A DNA stretch of 64,000 nucleotides from assembly GCA_965225665.1 (NCBI GenBank), contig OZ245322.1, forward strand, positions 1,672,728 to 1,736,727, given 5' to 3'. Shown here piece after piece: positions 36,148-47,564 of this stretch. Both the position numbers and the translations under genes were made by a program. Within the stretch, counting starts at the first letter, position 1, and every line of letters begins with the position of its first letter. The stretch comes from Rivularia sp. (in: cyanobacteria). Lineage in GTDB: Bacteria; Cyanobacteriota; Cyanobacteriia; Cyanobacteriales; Nostocaceae. Under the pieces are notes generated by a model that was not told the origin of the DNA, made no database searches, and saw only the letters and a program-made list of their open reading frames with translations.

Positions 36148-36627
36148 ATGTATAAATATATGAAAGTTAAGATTAGAGAAACAACTTCAAAGGAAGATTC
36201 AATAATTGCAGAGCATTTTTATCAAATGTGGTTAGATGTCGGCGCTCCTGAAAAATTTATCAAATCCAACCACCGCGATCTGACTTTAGAGTTTATCAAA
36301 CAAGCTCGTCAAAACTTATTTTACAAAGGTTTTGTGGCAGAAGTCGATAATTTAATAGTTGGCTCTGCAAGCTGTCAGCTATTTACTGGTTTATATTCAC
36401 TAATTTTAGAAGAAGAATATCGCAAATACGGATATATTTGGGGCGTTTACGTAGAACCTTCTCATCGTAGAAAAGGAATAGCTAAACAATTAACTAACGC
36501 TACAATTGAGCATTTGAAATCTATCAATTGTACAAAAGCTATTTTAAATGCATCACCAGCAGGAAAACCCCTTTATGAAAACTTGGGATTTTCACCAAGT
36601 AACGCAATGCAATTAGATTTAACTTAA
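36148..36627 (+). CDS. GNAT-family N-acetyltransferase
   Basis: VYVEPSHRRKGIAKQL acetyl-CoA motif, GKPLYENLGF. Confidence 0.9.
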   Translation: MYKYMKVKIRETTSKEDSIIAEHFYQMWLDVGAPEKFIKSNHRDLTLEFIKQARQNLFYKGFVAEVDNLIVGSASCQLFTGLYSLILEEEYRKYGYIWGVYVEPSHRRKGIAKQLTNATIEHLKSINCTKAILNASPAGKPLYENLGFSPSNAMQLDLT

Positions 36628-36714
36628 ATCTTTTTGTTCGTAGAAAACGGCGGCTCAGCGTGCCCGGAGGGCATATTAAATCGCCAGGTAATTTAATTTA
36701 AAAACCAAAAAACC

Positions 36715-37410
36715 ATGACTACTTCAAACAACGAAACCAATCAACTCACTCCCACCCAACGCAGCAAAATTAAAAGAGTACCAAAACGCGGTAATTATGA
36801 AACTCAAGTTATCTACAACATCTTAGATGAAGCATTAATTTGTCACGTTGGATTTATCGTAAACAATCAACCCTTTGTTATTCCCACAGCTTACGGAAGA
36901 ATTGACGACAAACTTTATATTCACGGTTCACCAGCAAGTAGAATGTTGCGTAATTTAACTCAAGGTATCGAAGTATGCGTTACGGTAACTTTATTAGATG
37001 GACTTGTATTAGCGCGTTCGGCTTTCCACCACTCAATGAATTACCGTTCTGTAGTTATATTTGGTACTGCGACTTTAGTAAATGATACTGAAGAAAAATC
37101 GGAAGCGCTGCGAGCCTTTACCGAACAGGTTGTACCGCAACGCTGGCAAGAAGTACGTCAGCCAAATAAACATGAATTGCAAGGCACGATGGTACTTTCT
37201 CTACCTTTAACAGAAGCATCCGCGAAAATGCGTACTGGCAATCCTGTAGATGATGAAGCGGATTACGATTTACCAGTATGGGCGGGTGTTTTACCGTTGC
37301 AGATGATTCCAGGTAAAGCTATTAATGACGAGCGTTTGATTAAAGGAGTTAAAGTTCCCGATTATATAGATAATTATGCTCGTAATCAACCAAATACCAC
37401 ATCCTCATAA
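36715..37410 (+). CDS. Pyridoxamine 5'-phosphate oxidase-like FMN split-barrel protein
   Basis: ILDEALICHVGF, LYIHGS, ARSAFHHSMNYRSVV. Confidence 0.88.
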   Translation: MTTSNNETNQLTPTQRSKIKRVPKRGNYETQVIYNILDEALICHVGFIVNNQPFVIPTAYGRIDDKLYIHGSPASRMLRNLTQGIEVCVTVTLLDGLVLARSAFHHSMNYRSVVIFGTATLVNDTEEKSEALRAFTEQVVPQRWQEVRQPNKHELQGTMVLSLPLTEASAKMRTGNPVDDEADYDLPVWAGVLPLQMIPGKAINDERLIKGVKVPDYIDNYARNQPNTTSS

Positions 37411-37955
37411 AGTGCGCTCATTTCTACCTCTAAATTAATACTTTGCAGTTGAAAACACTTGTCCTCAGAAGCATAAAACTGTAATACCCAAAGCCCTTCA
37501 TTATTGCGTCGAAAACAATCAACTCGCTGACGTTTGGCATTAATTAAAACGTATTCTTGAAGGGTTTCTAATTGTTGATAATCCTCAAATTTATCACCTC
37601 TATCAAATGCTTCTGTAGAATCGGATAAAACTTCAACAATTAAACAAGGGAATTTCTTCTCTTGTGTATTTTCCTTATCTCGTTCATCGCATATTACCAT
37701 CACATCGGGATAATAGTAACGATTTGATTTTTCGATACGAGCTTTCATATCCGAGATGAAAACGCGACAACCAGAACCCCGTACATGATTTCGGAGAAGC
37801 GCAAACAAGTTACCCGAAACAGTAACGTGAGCATCATTAGCACCAGCCATTGCATAAGCGTAACCGTCGATGTACTCATGCTTGACATCGCTTTCTTTTT
37901 CTAATTGAAGGTATTCTTTTGGGGTGATGTAGTCTTGTTGCGGGGATGCGACCAT
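37386..37955 (-). CDS. Uma2 (DUF820) family putative endonuclease
   Basis: KHEYIDG, YYPDVMV, LIVEVLSDSTEAFDRGDKF; start placed at MVASPQQ. Confidence 0.9.
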   Translation of the reverse strand: MVASPQQDYITPKEYLQLEKESDVKHEYIDGYAYAMAGANDAHVTVSGNLFALLRNHVRGSGCRVFISDMKARIEKSNRYYYPDVMVICDERDKENTQEKKFPCLIVEVLSDSTEAFDRGDKFEDYQQLETLQEYVLINAKRQRVDCFRRNNEGLWVLQFYASEDKCFQLQSINLEVEMSALYEDVVFG

Positions 37956-38002
37956 TATTTTAAGTTTAGAGCAACTATTATTATTGTAAGTATTTTTATG
38001 CA

Positions 38003-38851
38003 ATGAAAACCAGACAAAAAATATATCAGATTATTTATTCTATTTTATTAGCAATTTTAATTAGTTTAAGTAATATAGCCCCAGCTACAGCAGCAACATA
38101 TCCTTACTATTTCTATTGGGATTTCATTAATGTAGATATTGATGTGCAAACTAATGGGGATATGCTGATTACAGAAAATCAAAAATATGTATTTACTAAA
38201 CTAGGAAAAAATCAGCGATATCGCTATATCCCTTTAGATAAAATAGAAGGGATATCTGATGTATCTGTATTTGAAGAAGATAAAAAAATTGCATTTGATA
38301 CCGGAATAGAAAATAATAATTTCTGGATTCGATGGCAGCACGAATTGAATCCCCCAGAAAAACATACTTTTACTTTAAAATATCGAGTTATTGGTGGGTT
38401 AAATATTTATGATGAAAAATACGAAGTTTATTGGAAAGCAATATTTGCAAAACGCAATGCTTCTATTCGTAAAGCCAAAATAAGAGTTTCATTCCCAGAA
38501 TCTTTTTCACGTAATATTCAACACTTTAAAAGTTATGGCGTATCAACTAAAAACAAACAAATAGATGAAAATACCGTAGAGTTTGTATCTAATAGAAGCA
38601 TACTGCCTTACCAGGAAATCGAAGTCAAAGTTATTGCATATGACAAAAAAATCCAAGAGCCTATTGAATATAGCGGATTCACAATATTTGTAGTTACCCT
38701 ATTATTTTCATTAATATTTTTATTCCCTTTACTGTTAGTTTTGTTTCTTTTTTCGTATTTAGAAGGAGGAGATGGTGGTGATGGTGGTGGCTTTGGAGGT
38801 GGTGGAGGTGGTGGTGGTGGAGGCGGAGATGGCGGTGGAGGAGGTGGTTGA
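38003..38851 (+). CDS. DUF2207-like membrane-anchored protein with poly-Gly tail
   Basis: Signal peptide, IDVQTNGDMLITE, LKYRVIGG, a C-terminal TM helix and a GGGG tail. Confidence 0.7.
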   Translation: MKTRQKIYQIIYSILLAILISLSNIAPATAATYPYYFYWDFINVDIDVQTNGDMLITENQKYVFTKLGKNQRYRYIPLDKIEGISDVSVFEEDKKIAFDTGIENNNFWIRWQHELNPPEKHTFTLKYRVIGGLNIYDEKYEVYWKAIFAKRNASIRKAKIRVSFPESFSRNIQHFKSYGVSTKNKQIDENTVEFVSNRSILPYQEIEVKVIAYDKKIQEPIEYSGFTIFVVTLLFSLIFLFPLLLVLFLFSYLEGGDGGDGGGFGGGGGGGGGGGDGGGGGG

Positions 38852-38901
38852 TATGATATACCCTTTATCTTTATGATGTTATAGTAGCTCTAATTAATTT
38901 C

Positions 38902-38981
38902 CGTAGTGCGTTAACGCAGTGTGTCCGACAGGATATGCATCTTAATCTCTTGATACTAGCGAGCAAGATGCTCGCACTACG
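38902..38981. repeat. Inverted pair of dispersed palindromic repeats; left copy carries the 26-bp insert, right copy is empty
   Basis: CGTAGTGCG[TTAACGCAGTGTGTCCGACAGGATAT]GCATCTT ... TAGCGAGCAAGATGCTCGCACTACG. Confidence 0.7.
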
Positions 38982-39062
38982 TACCATCTGCTTTTTCCGC
39001 GCATTAATATCAAATGTAATAACAAAAAGCCCCCCTTGTTAAGGGGGGTTGGGGGGATCTAA

Positions 39063-39900
39063 ATGTCTGAAAACAAAACAGTTAACCTACCGTACTTCGA
39101 CGCACTATTCAAAGACTTCCAGCAAAACAAAACAGAAATTATTCAAAGCTTTGGAAATCACGTCCCACTGGGGTTACTGGGAAAATATAAATACAGCAGA
39201 TGGTTCCATAAAAGACTTTACTCAAGCAGCAGAAAAATTATCTCAAAAAGTATGCGATTCAGCCAAAATTACAGATAATATGCGCGTTTTAGACTGCGGT
39301 TGTGGCTTTGGTGGAACAATTGCCAGTTTAAATAATCGCTTCAATAATATGCAGCTAACTGGATTAAATATTGACTCGCGACAATTAGCAAGAGCTAAAG
39401 AAAAAGTTCAACCCCGCGCCCAAAATCACATTGAATTTATCGAAGCAAATGCCTGCGAATTACCTTTTGAAGATAATTCCTTCGATGCAGTACTTGCTGT
39501 AGAGTGTATATTTCATTTTCCCAGCCGAGAGCAGTTTTTTCAAGAAGCATCGCGAGTTTTAAAACCGGGGGGAACACTTGCTATCAGCGACTTTGTGCCC
39601 AGACAAATAATTCTTCCTATGATAAAAACAGGTTCCGAGTTAGCAAAAGATACTTTATTAAAAACCCTCGGAGAGGTGGATCTTAATTTTAGCCTTAGTA
39701 ATTATCGTAAATTATCGAAAAATATAGGTTTTACAACTTTAATAGAAGAAGATATTACCCGCAATACTTTACCAACCTATTCCCTTGTACGAAAATTGCA
39801 AAAGAAAGAAGATAAAATAATTGATTTTGCCGAAAGAGTAAGCCGTTGGGGGATAATTCGTTATTTTATTTTGTCTTATAAAAGTATAAAAATTAATTAA
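39063..39900 (+). CDS. Class I SAM-dependent methyltransferase (sterol/tocopherol MT-like; ~278 aa after repair)
   Basis: Removing one C at 39164-39166 gives FGNHVHWGYWE; VLDCGCGFGG, LPFEDNSFD, VLKPGG. Confidence 0.85.
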
Positions 39901-40104
39901 AATACCTCTTCTCTTCAATTCTTTATTAACAAGCTGCTCCTCATCTCTGAGTCTTACATTTCCTTTTTCTTGAATAAAAACTTTAGAAATCAATATCTTT
40001 ACTCCTTCCCCTCTCTGCGTACCGAGGCTGTAAAAAATTATATTTATTTTAATTAATAATAGTTGTTGGTCAATTGTGCAGATAAAATTGTGATTTCACA
40101 TTGA

Positions 40105-40131
40105 TAGAGACGTAGCAGTGCTACGTCTCTA
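40105..40131. repeat. Palindromic dispersed repeat AGAGACGTAGC-AGT-GCTACGTCTCT
   Basis: Perfect hairpin; second copy at 61465-61489. Confidence 0.75.
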
Positions 40132-40254
40132 CAAGAATTCTGTTTATTCCCCGGCTTACCAAAATCTACTCCAAAACTTAAGGATACAATAAGTAAAAAT
40201 ACTGTACCTATATGTGACTAATAAAAGCTATATTCAAAGCTCGTCATAAAAAGT

Positions 40255-41733
40255 GTGCAAGGCGAGGGGTGTATCTACTCATTTACTATGAATCAAGCCC
40301 AAATCCCATCCTGGCAGCAGGTTCGCGCTACATTCCAACAAGTTTGGGGTTATGAAGATTTCCGTCCACCCCAAGGCGAGATTGTCCAAAGTCTACTTGC
40401 CAAAAAAGATACTTTAATTATTATGCCTACTGGCGGGGGTAAGTCAATTTGCTTCCAGCTTCCCGCACTTTTGCAAACAGGCTTAACTTTAGTAGTTTCT
40501 CCCTTAGTAGCACTGATGGAAAACCAAGTACAGGAATTAAAAGAACGCAATCTAAAAGCGGCTTTATTACACAGTCAATTATCTTCTTTCCAACGTAAAC
40601 AAACTCTACAGGCATTGGAAAGACAAGAGCTAAGATTACTTTACCTATCTCCAGAAACTTTACTAAGTCCGCCAGTTTGGGAAAGATTATCTCACCCAGA
40701 ACTTGAAATCAACGGTTTAATATTAGACGAAGCACATTGTTTAGTGCAGTGGGGTGATAGTTTTAGACCAGCTTATCGAAGATTAGGGGCAGTAAGACCA
40801 GCGCTACTCAAGTTAAAAAGAAGAGGAACAAAAATAGCGCTAGCCGCTTTTACCGCCACTGCCGACCCTTTAGCCCAAACTGTAATTTCAGAAACTTTAC
40901 GATTGCAGCAACCTGTTGTATTTAAACTGAATCCTTATAGAAGCAATCTTAACCCGAACGTCCGGATTATTTGGACTCCACAAGGAAGACAGCAACAATT
41001 GTTAAAATTTATTCATAAAAATCAACAAAACTCTGGATTAGTTTACGTTCGCACGCGCAAAGATAGTGAAAATTTAGCCGCATGGTTGACGCAAAAAGGT
41101 AACAAGACTGCTAGCTATCACGGCGGATTGGGTGCAGAAGAAAGACGCGAGATTGAAGCTAGCTGGTTGAGTGGAAAAATACCTTTTGTGGTTTGTACGT
41201 CAGCTTTCGGTATGGGAATCAACAAACCCGATGTCCGATGGGTGATTCACTATCAAGCACCATTATTGCTCTCAGAATACGTACAGGAAATTGGACGCGC
41301 CGGAAGAGACGGGAAACCCGCAGAAGCGCTGACATTAATTAGCGAACCCAGCGGATTATTGAATCCAGAAGACAAACAAAGACAGAAATTTTTTGAAGAG
41401 AAGATAAGAGAACAACAGCTTACAGCAAAACAATTAATTAAAAAATTACCAGCGACAGGAGAATTACAAGCAGTAACGCAAAAATGGAACGATGCACCAA
41501 TAGCGCTATCTTTGCTCCATAGCATGGGTAAATTAAAGTGGATCGATCCTTTTAACTACAGTATTTCCAAAGAATCGAAAAACAAGACAGATCGGCGATC
41601 GCACCCCCGAAATCAAATGCAGCAGTATTTGACTACCAGAAAATGTCGCTGGCAATTCTTATTAACCGCTTTCGGATTTGAAAAAGAAGCAACGAATTTA
41701 CATTGTGGGCATTGTGATAATTGCCGGAAGTAG
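40255..41733 (+). CDS. recQ: RecQ-family ATP-dependent DNA helicase (short form)
   Basis: MPTGGGKS, SPE, DEAH, QEIGRAGRDG, C-terminal CRW...CGHCDNC Zn site. The start may be MNQAQ at 40288. Confidence 0.85.
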   Translation: MQGEGCIYSFTMNQAQIPSWQQVRATFQQVWGYEDFRPPQGEIVQSLLAKKDTLIIMPTGGGKSICFQLPALLQTGLTLVVSPLVALMENQVQELKERNLKAALLHSQLSSFQRKQTLQALERQELRLLYLSPETLLSPPVWERLSHPELEINGLILDEAHCLVQWGDSFRPAYRRLGAVRPALLKLKRRGTKIALAAFTATADPLAQTVISETLRLQQPVVFKLNPYRSNLNPNVRIIWTPQGRQQQLLKFIHKNQQNSGLVYVRTRKDSENLAAWLTQKGNKTASYHGGLGAEERREIEASWLSGKIPFVVCTSAFGMGINKPDVRWVIHYQAPLLLSEYVQEIGRAGRDGKPAEALTLISEPSGLLNPEDKQRQKFFEEKIREQQLTAKQLIKKLPATGELQAVTQKWNDAPIALSLLHSMGKLKWIDPFNYSISKESKNKTDRRSHPRNQMQQYLTTRKCRWQFLLTAFGFEKEATNLHCGHCDNCRK

Positions 41734-41823
41734 AGAGAGGGGGGAGAGGGGGAAGAGGGGGGAGAGTGGGAAGAATCAATAATTATTACCAATGCCCAAT
41801 GCCCCATGCCCAATTCCCATTCT

Positions 41824-42820
41824 TTAAAATTGCTGTAAAAACCGCAAATCGCTAGAATACACGCGGCGGATATCATCAAGTTGATGTAATACCATTGCAA
41901 AGCGCTCTACGCCGAAACCAGCGGCGAATCCGGTGTATACTTCTGGGGTCGTAACCTACAGCTTTCAACACATTTGGATCTACCATTCCGCAACCCATTA
42001 CTTCTAACCAGCGTCCGTTCCACCTTAAGTCAACTTCTGCTGAAGGTTCGGTGAATGGGAAGTAACTGGCGCGGAAGCGAATATCTTCGATTTCACCAAA
42101 CATTGCTTCCAAAAACTCTTTGATAGTGCCTTTGAGGTCGGTAAAAGTTAATCCCTCGTCAACTGCCAAAAGTTCCATTTGATGGAAAACCGCTGCGTGA
42201 GTTGCGTCTACATTGTCTCTTCTATAAACTCGTCCCGGTGCAATAATCCGAATCGGTGGTTCGCTTTCTTCCATAAACCTAATTTGCACCGAAGAAGTTT
42301 GAGTCCGCAACAGATTGCCGTCGGGAAGATAAAACGTATCCTGCATATCGCGAGCGGGATGATCTGGGGGAGTATTTAAAGCCTCAAAATTATAATAGTC
42401 GCTTTCCATTTCCGGCCCGGCAGCTACCGTATAACCCATACCCACAAAAATATCCAGGGTTCGGTCAATAACGCTATTTAACGGATGAATGCGACCTTGA
42501 GGACGAAAAACTCCCGGCATCGTCACATCAATCGTTTCCGATTCAATCTGCGCTTGGATTTTCGCAGTTTCCAAAGCCACACGCTGCTTATCTAAATTAT
42601 TTTGTAAAGCTTCCTTAACAACATTGGCGATCGCACCAATTTTTGGTCTTTCTTCAGCGCTTAATTTACCCATACCGCGCAGCAGAACACCCAACTGACC
42701 TTTTTTACCTAGATAATCAACCCTGAGTTTCTCCAAGCTTTCCAAAGAATCAGCACCAATAATTGCTTTTTCAGCTTCAATACGTAATTCTTCTAATTGA
42801 GATTGTAAATCGCTAGTCAT
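41824..42820 (-). CDS. pheS: Phenylalanine-tRNA ligase alpha subunit (331 aa after repair at GGGG 41945-41948)
   Basis: [33 protein letters not shown]; repaired frame gives [25 protein letters not shown]...FLQQF*. Confidence 0.95.
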
Positions 42821-43050
42821 CAGTCAAATAATTTTGGATTTTAGATTTTGGATTTTGGATTTTGGACTTTAGATCGACCCCACAGATCGATCGGAGCAAT
42901 ATCTCACACGCTTTTATAATGCCATTTAAAGGGGAATTGGGCATTGGGAATTATTAACTCCTAACTCTTAACTCTTAACTCCTAACTCCTAACTACTCCC
43001 CACTTCCTACTGTTAAATTGACTAGTGACAGTTAAGACTTCGTAATAATA

Positions 43051-43848
43051 ATGAGATTGTTAATTTCTAACGATGACGGTATTTACGCTCTTGGTATACG
43101 TGCTTTAGCCAACACGATGGCAGAAGCTGGTCATGATGTGAGTGTAGTTTGCCCGGATAGGGAACGTTCCGCAACGGGACACGGCTTGACTTTGCATCAA
43201 CCGATTCGCGCTGAAATTGTCGAATCGTTGTTTCATCCTAATATCAAGGCTTGGGCTTGTGATGGTACTCCCTCTGATTGTGTAAAATTAGCGCTGTGGG
43301 CTTTGCTGGATTCACCCCCCGAATTGGTTCTTTCTGGGATTAATCAAGGTGCTAATTTGGGAACGGAAATTCTTTATTCTGGTACTGTTTCGGCTGCTAT
43401 GGAAGGTTTGATTGAAGGAATTCCTAGCGTTGCATTTAGCCTTACTAGCTACTCTGACAAAAATTTTGCAGTTGCGGCTAACTTTGCCAAAATGCTTGTA
43501 GAACAATTAGCTGAAAAATCTTTACCGGATTCAATTTTATTTAACGTTAACATTCCGGCGGTGGAATCTTCGCAAATCAAAGGAGTTAAATTCACCCGTC
43601 AAGGAGTGCGACGCTACGTTGACGTATTTGATAAACGAGTAGATCCACGGGGGAAAACTTACTATTGGCTAACAGGAGAAGTTCTTGAGGATGTAGAACC
43701 GCCAGTCAGTTTTAATTTATCCGAAAATATACCGATTGATGTACGTGTTATCCGCGATAACTACATCAGTATTACTCCTTTACATTATAATCTTACTTAC
43801 CCTAATGGACTCAAAGACTTGTCAGAGTGGGAATTCCAGTTTAAGTAA
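43051..43848 (+). CDS. surE: 5'/3'-nucleotidase SurE
   Basis: [38 protein letters not shown]. Confidence 0.95.
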   Translation: MRLLISNDDGIYALGIRALANTMAEAGHDVSVVCPDRERSATGHGLTLHQPIRAEIVESLFHPNIKAWACDGTPSDCVKLALWALLDSPPELVLSGINQGANLGTEILYSGTVSAAMEGLIEGIPSVAFSLTSYSDKNFAVAANFAKMLVEQLAEKSLPDSILFNVNIPAVESSQIKGVKFTRQGVRRYVDVFDKRVDPRGKTYYWLTGEVLEDVEPPVSFNLSENIPIDVRVIRDNYISITPLHYNLTYPNGLKDLSEWEFQFK

Positions 43849-44142
43849 AATATTTGTAGTCAAAAAAACAAGCTTTTTAAGAGGTTAAATGCATTACTGG
43901 AAAATATAGGTTATAAAGAAAAAACGTCTATAAAGAAAATATGCAGGCGTATAGTTTAATTAATCGCAGCATAAGTTTAAAAGTGGCTCGCATTAAAGTG
44001 CGAAAAACTCTTGAAAAATATGTTGCGAACGCTTATTTTCCCTTTCTACAAGAATAGGTTAGACAGCGTTAACTGAACTATAGATCGTAAGATCGTAATT
44101 TTTTTGTATTGTTCGCCCGCTCAATCTTGACAAGCAACACTC

Positions 44143-45030
44143 ATGTCTAGGACAGAGAATCAATTTACCGTAAAATTTTGGGGTGTTCGTGGCAGTATCC
44201 CCTGTCCGGGACCCCAAACTGTTCGTTATGGAGGTAATACCCCTTGCGTCGAGATGCAAGTGGGCGACAAACGCTTTATTTTCGATGGAGGCACGGGAAT
44301 CCACGTTTTAGGGCAGTCTCTATTACCTAAAATGCCGTTAGAAGCTTATCTCTTTTTTACACACTCTCATTGGGATCACGTCCAGGGATTTCCGTTTTTT
44401 GTTCCTGGATTTGTTGCGGGTAATAAATTTCATATATATGGTGCAGTCGCTCCTGATGGTTCTACTGTAGAACAACGTCTAAACGACCAGATGCTGCACC
44501 CAAACTTCCCCGTACCTTTGCAAATTATGCAGTCGAATTTGGATTTTTGCGAAGTAAAACCTGGAAAAACCATTCATATAGAAGATATTGCCATAGAAAC
44601 CGCACCGCTAAATCATCCGGGTGAGTCGGTAGGATACCGAGTTAATTGGCAAGGTGGTTCTGCCGTTTATGTTACGGATACCGAACATTATCCCGATAAA
44701 TTGGACGAAAATGTTTTAAGGCTTGCCAATAATGCCGATATTTTGATTTATGATTCAACTTATACCGATGAGGAATATTATTCATCAAAATCGCCCAAAA
44801 TTGGCTGGGGACATTCTACATGGCAAGAAGCCGTCAAAATAGCCGAAGCTGCGAATGTCAAAACTCTAGTTATTTTCCATCACGATCCATCCCATGACGA
44901 CGAGTTTTTAGACCGCATTGGGCAAGAAGCCAAACAGAGATTTCCCGGTGCAGTCATGGCCAAGGAAGGAATGGTGCTAAACGTTCCTATGAATGTTCCC
45001 TTATCAAAAACTTTTCCTATTAGTCGATAG
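44143..45030 (+). CDS. MBL-fold metallo-hydrolase
   Basis: FWGVRGS, YGGNTPCV, THSHWDH, YVTDTEH, FHHDP. Confidence 0.9.
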   Translation: MSRTENQFTVKFWGVRGSIPCPGPQTVRYGGNTPCVEMQVGDKRFIFDGGTGIHVLGQSLLPKMPLEAYLFFTHSHWDHVQGFPFFVPGFVAGNKFHIYGAVAPDGSTVEQRLNDQMLHPNFPVPLQIMQSNLDFCEVKPGKTIHIEDIAIETAPLNHPGESVGYRVNWQGGSAVYVTDTEHYPDKLDENVLRLANNADILIYDSTYTDEEYYSSKSPKIGWGHSTWQEAVKIAEAANVKTLVIFHHDPSHDDEFLDRIGQEAKQRFPGAVMAKEGMVLNVPMNVPLSKTFPISR

Positions 45031-45254
45031 TCAGGATAAAGCTTCAATCTCAGATTGATTGCAGAATTTGGATTAAATTGGTATTCGAGAGCCAAAGTTC
45101 AAACTATGGCAAATTGGGAATAGGTAATGAGCATTGGGCATTGGACATTGGGCATTGGGAATAAAAAAATAATTCCTAACTCCGGTGGTACTAACTCCTA
45201 ACTTCTCTACTCCTCTAGTCCCCGTCTTGTTAAACCTCTCGTCCCAAAATCGAC

Positions 45255-46247
45255 GTGCCAAATCTGTCTCAAAATGGGTGTTCTGTGTGGGTAACATCTT
45301 CAACCGAATTGATTCAAACTCCTACTGCTGTTGCCCTTGGTAAGTTTGATGGCGTTCATCGCGGTCATCAAAGGGTAATCCAACCAATTTTGCATAAATC
45401 AGCAGGCGCAGAACGCATTTACCCAACAGTTATTACATTTGAACCGCATCCCCAAGAGTTTTTTACGGGGAAACCGAGAAGTTTGTTGACTCCTGTGGAT
45501 GAAAAAGTCCGACAGTTAGAACTGCTTGGGGTAGAACAACTTGTACTAATCCCCTTCAACAAAGAATTAGCTGCTTTGACTCCCGAACAGTTCGTAGAAC
45601 AAATTATCGTAGAGAAATTACAAGCTGCAAGAATCAGCGTTGGACAAGATTTTTGTTTTGGTTCCCAGCGCAGCGGTACTGCAATGGACTTACAGGTACT
45701 TGTGGCTAAGTATGGTATTCCCGTTACCATCGTTCCTTTAGAAATGCATGAAGACGATTTACCGCTAATTGAAGAGGAAACTCGCATCAGCACTTCACTA
45801 ATTCGCCAAACACTCGAAACTGGCGAGCTTGAAAAAGCCAACCGATTGCTGGGAAGAGCTTATACTCTTATGGGTAAAGTAATCAAAGGACAGCAACTCG
45901 GTAGAACGATTGGATTCCCCACTGCCAACTTGGAATTACCAGAAGATAAATTTTTGCCCCGACAAGGAGTTTACGCCGTTAGAGTTAGCGATATCAACCA
46001 CTCAGATATTATCAACAACCGTTGGGGAGTGATGAACATTGGCGATCGCCCCACCGTAAACGGCACTAATCTCACAATAGAAGTACATCTTTTAGATTTT
46101 GCTGGAGATTTATACGATAAAAAACTGCAAATCCAATTAGAAAAATTTCTCAGGCCGCAACAGAAATTTTCATCATTAGAAGCCCTCAAAACTCAAATTC
46201 AACTCGACTGCACCACCGCCAGAAAATTTTTCAGCCAAGCGTGTTAG
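45255..46247 (+). CDS. ribF: Bifunctional riboflavin kinase / FAD synthetase
   Basis: GKFDGVHRGH, ISTSLIR, GRTIGFPTAN, IEVHLLDF. Confidence 0.93.
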   Translation: MPNLSQNGCSVWVTSSTELIQTPTAVALGKFDGVHRGHQRVIQPILHKSAGAERIYPTVITFEPHPQEFFTGKPRSLLTPVDEKVRQLELLGVEQLVLIPFNKELAALTPEQFVEQIIVEKLQAARISVGQDFCFGSQRSGTAMDLQVLVAKYGIPVTIVPLEMHEDDLPLIEEETRISTSLIRQTLETGELEKANRLLGRAYTLMGKVIKGQQLGRTIGFPTANLELPEDKFLPRQGVYAVRVSDINHSDIINNRWGVMNIGDRPTVNGTNLTIEVHLLDFAGDLYDKKLQIQLEKFLRPQQKFSSLEALKTQIQLDCTTARKFFSQAC

Positions 46248-46269
46248 TTTATGCCAACTCTGGGAACAA

Positions 46270-46412
46270 TAAATGAGGATGGGGGGATGGGGAGATAGGG
46301 AGACAAGGGGACAAGGTGACAAGGGGATGGGGTGAAATCAAGATTCTTAACTCATAACTCATAACTCCTAACTCCCAACCTTTGACCTTTGACCTTTGAC
46401 CTTTAACCTTTA
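46270..46412. repeat. Heptamer STRR arrays (representative locus)
   Basis: TAACTCA/TAACTCC and TGACCTT runs. Similar arrays near 10885, 11900, 12450, 28965-29070, 41800, 42835-43000, 45110, 49185, 56780 and 60055. Confidence 0.85.
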
Positions 46413-46426
46413 ACCTTATTCGTTGC

Positions 46427-47336
46427 ATGAGAGACAAAATTGACGCTCTGACACAAAATCTAGCTCGTACCATCGTTGGTAAATCTGAAGCTATCCGCTT
46501 GGTATTAGTCGCCTTATTAGGTGGCGGACACGCTTTACTTGAAGACGTTCCCGGAGTTGGTAAAACTCTGCTAGCGAAATCCTTGGCTCGTTCCGTTGAT
46601 GGAAAATTTCAACGTTTACAATGCACGCCCGATTTACTTCCTACTGATATTACGGGTACAAATATTTGGAATCCTAAAACTGGTGAATTCACTTTTTTAG
46701 AAGGGCCTATTTTCGCCAACGTCATGCTAGCAGACGAAATCAACCGCGCTACACCTCGTACTCAATCTGCCTTACTAGAAGTTATGGAAGAAGGGCAGGT
46801 AACGGTTGATGGTGTCTCTCGTGCCGTTCCCGCACCGTTTTTTGTCATCGCCACTCAAAACCCAGTTGAATATCAAGGTACTTTTCCCCTACCCGAAGCG
46901 CAAATGGATAGATTTATGCTGTCCTTGAGTTTGGGTTATCCTACGGAGCAAGAAGAGTTACAAATGCTATCTCGACTTCAAGATGGTAACAAATATACTG
47001 ACTTGAAACCCTGCATAACCTTAGCTGAAGTAGAAGAATTGCAGCGTATTTGTGCTGGTATCAAAGTAGAAGCTTCATTACAGCAATATATGCTCGACTT
47101 GGTAAGAGCAACAAGATGTGACGAAGAAATTACTTTAGGTATCAGTCCCGAGGGGAACTGTAGCATTACACAGAGCCACACAAGCCTTTGCGTATCTTTC
47201 CGGACGCGATTATGCAATACCCGATGACGTAAAATTTATTGCTCCCCACGTTCTGAGTCATCGTTTGATACCCGTGGGAGGAAGGAGAGCGCAAAGTGTA
47301 ATGGAACGTTTGTTGCGAGTTGTAGCGATTCCTTAG
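46427..47336 (+). CDS. MoxR-family AAA ATPase (302 aa after repair near 47148)
   Basis: LLEDVPGVGKT, DEINRA, ATQNP; repaired frame gives ISPRGTVAL...PDDVK...HRL. Confidence 0.9.
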
Positions 47337-47564
47337 ATTGGTTAGTGGTTAGTAGATAGTTGTTAGTAGTTGGTAGGGTGTGTTATGGCTTCAGCCTAAC
47401 GCACCGGAATGTATAAGTTATTGATTAAGTTAAATACAAAGCAGGTTGTTGACATAAAAGACGGGCTGGAAGCCCATCCCACAAGACTTATTTGTATTCA
47501 ACATTTTCTATGTAAATATAAAAAATATTATTCAGCTTAATTTTGCGTCAGTTGAATTGTTAAT

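Noticed and set aside
41824-42820. pheS, leuA and others as pseudogenes, or as programmed frameshifts
   Set aside because: The uniform homopolymer insertion pattern and otherwise intact reading frames point to sequencing error.
46249-46473. ORFs spanning STRR arrays (46249-46473, 45073-45303, 41613-41900) and extended starts at 56815, 39049 and 38003
   Set aside because: They are translations of heptamer repeats or upstream non-coding DNA.
46427-47336. MoxR-DUF58/vWA operon
   Set aside because: No partner genes follow; the next gene is the unrelated SMI1 fusion.
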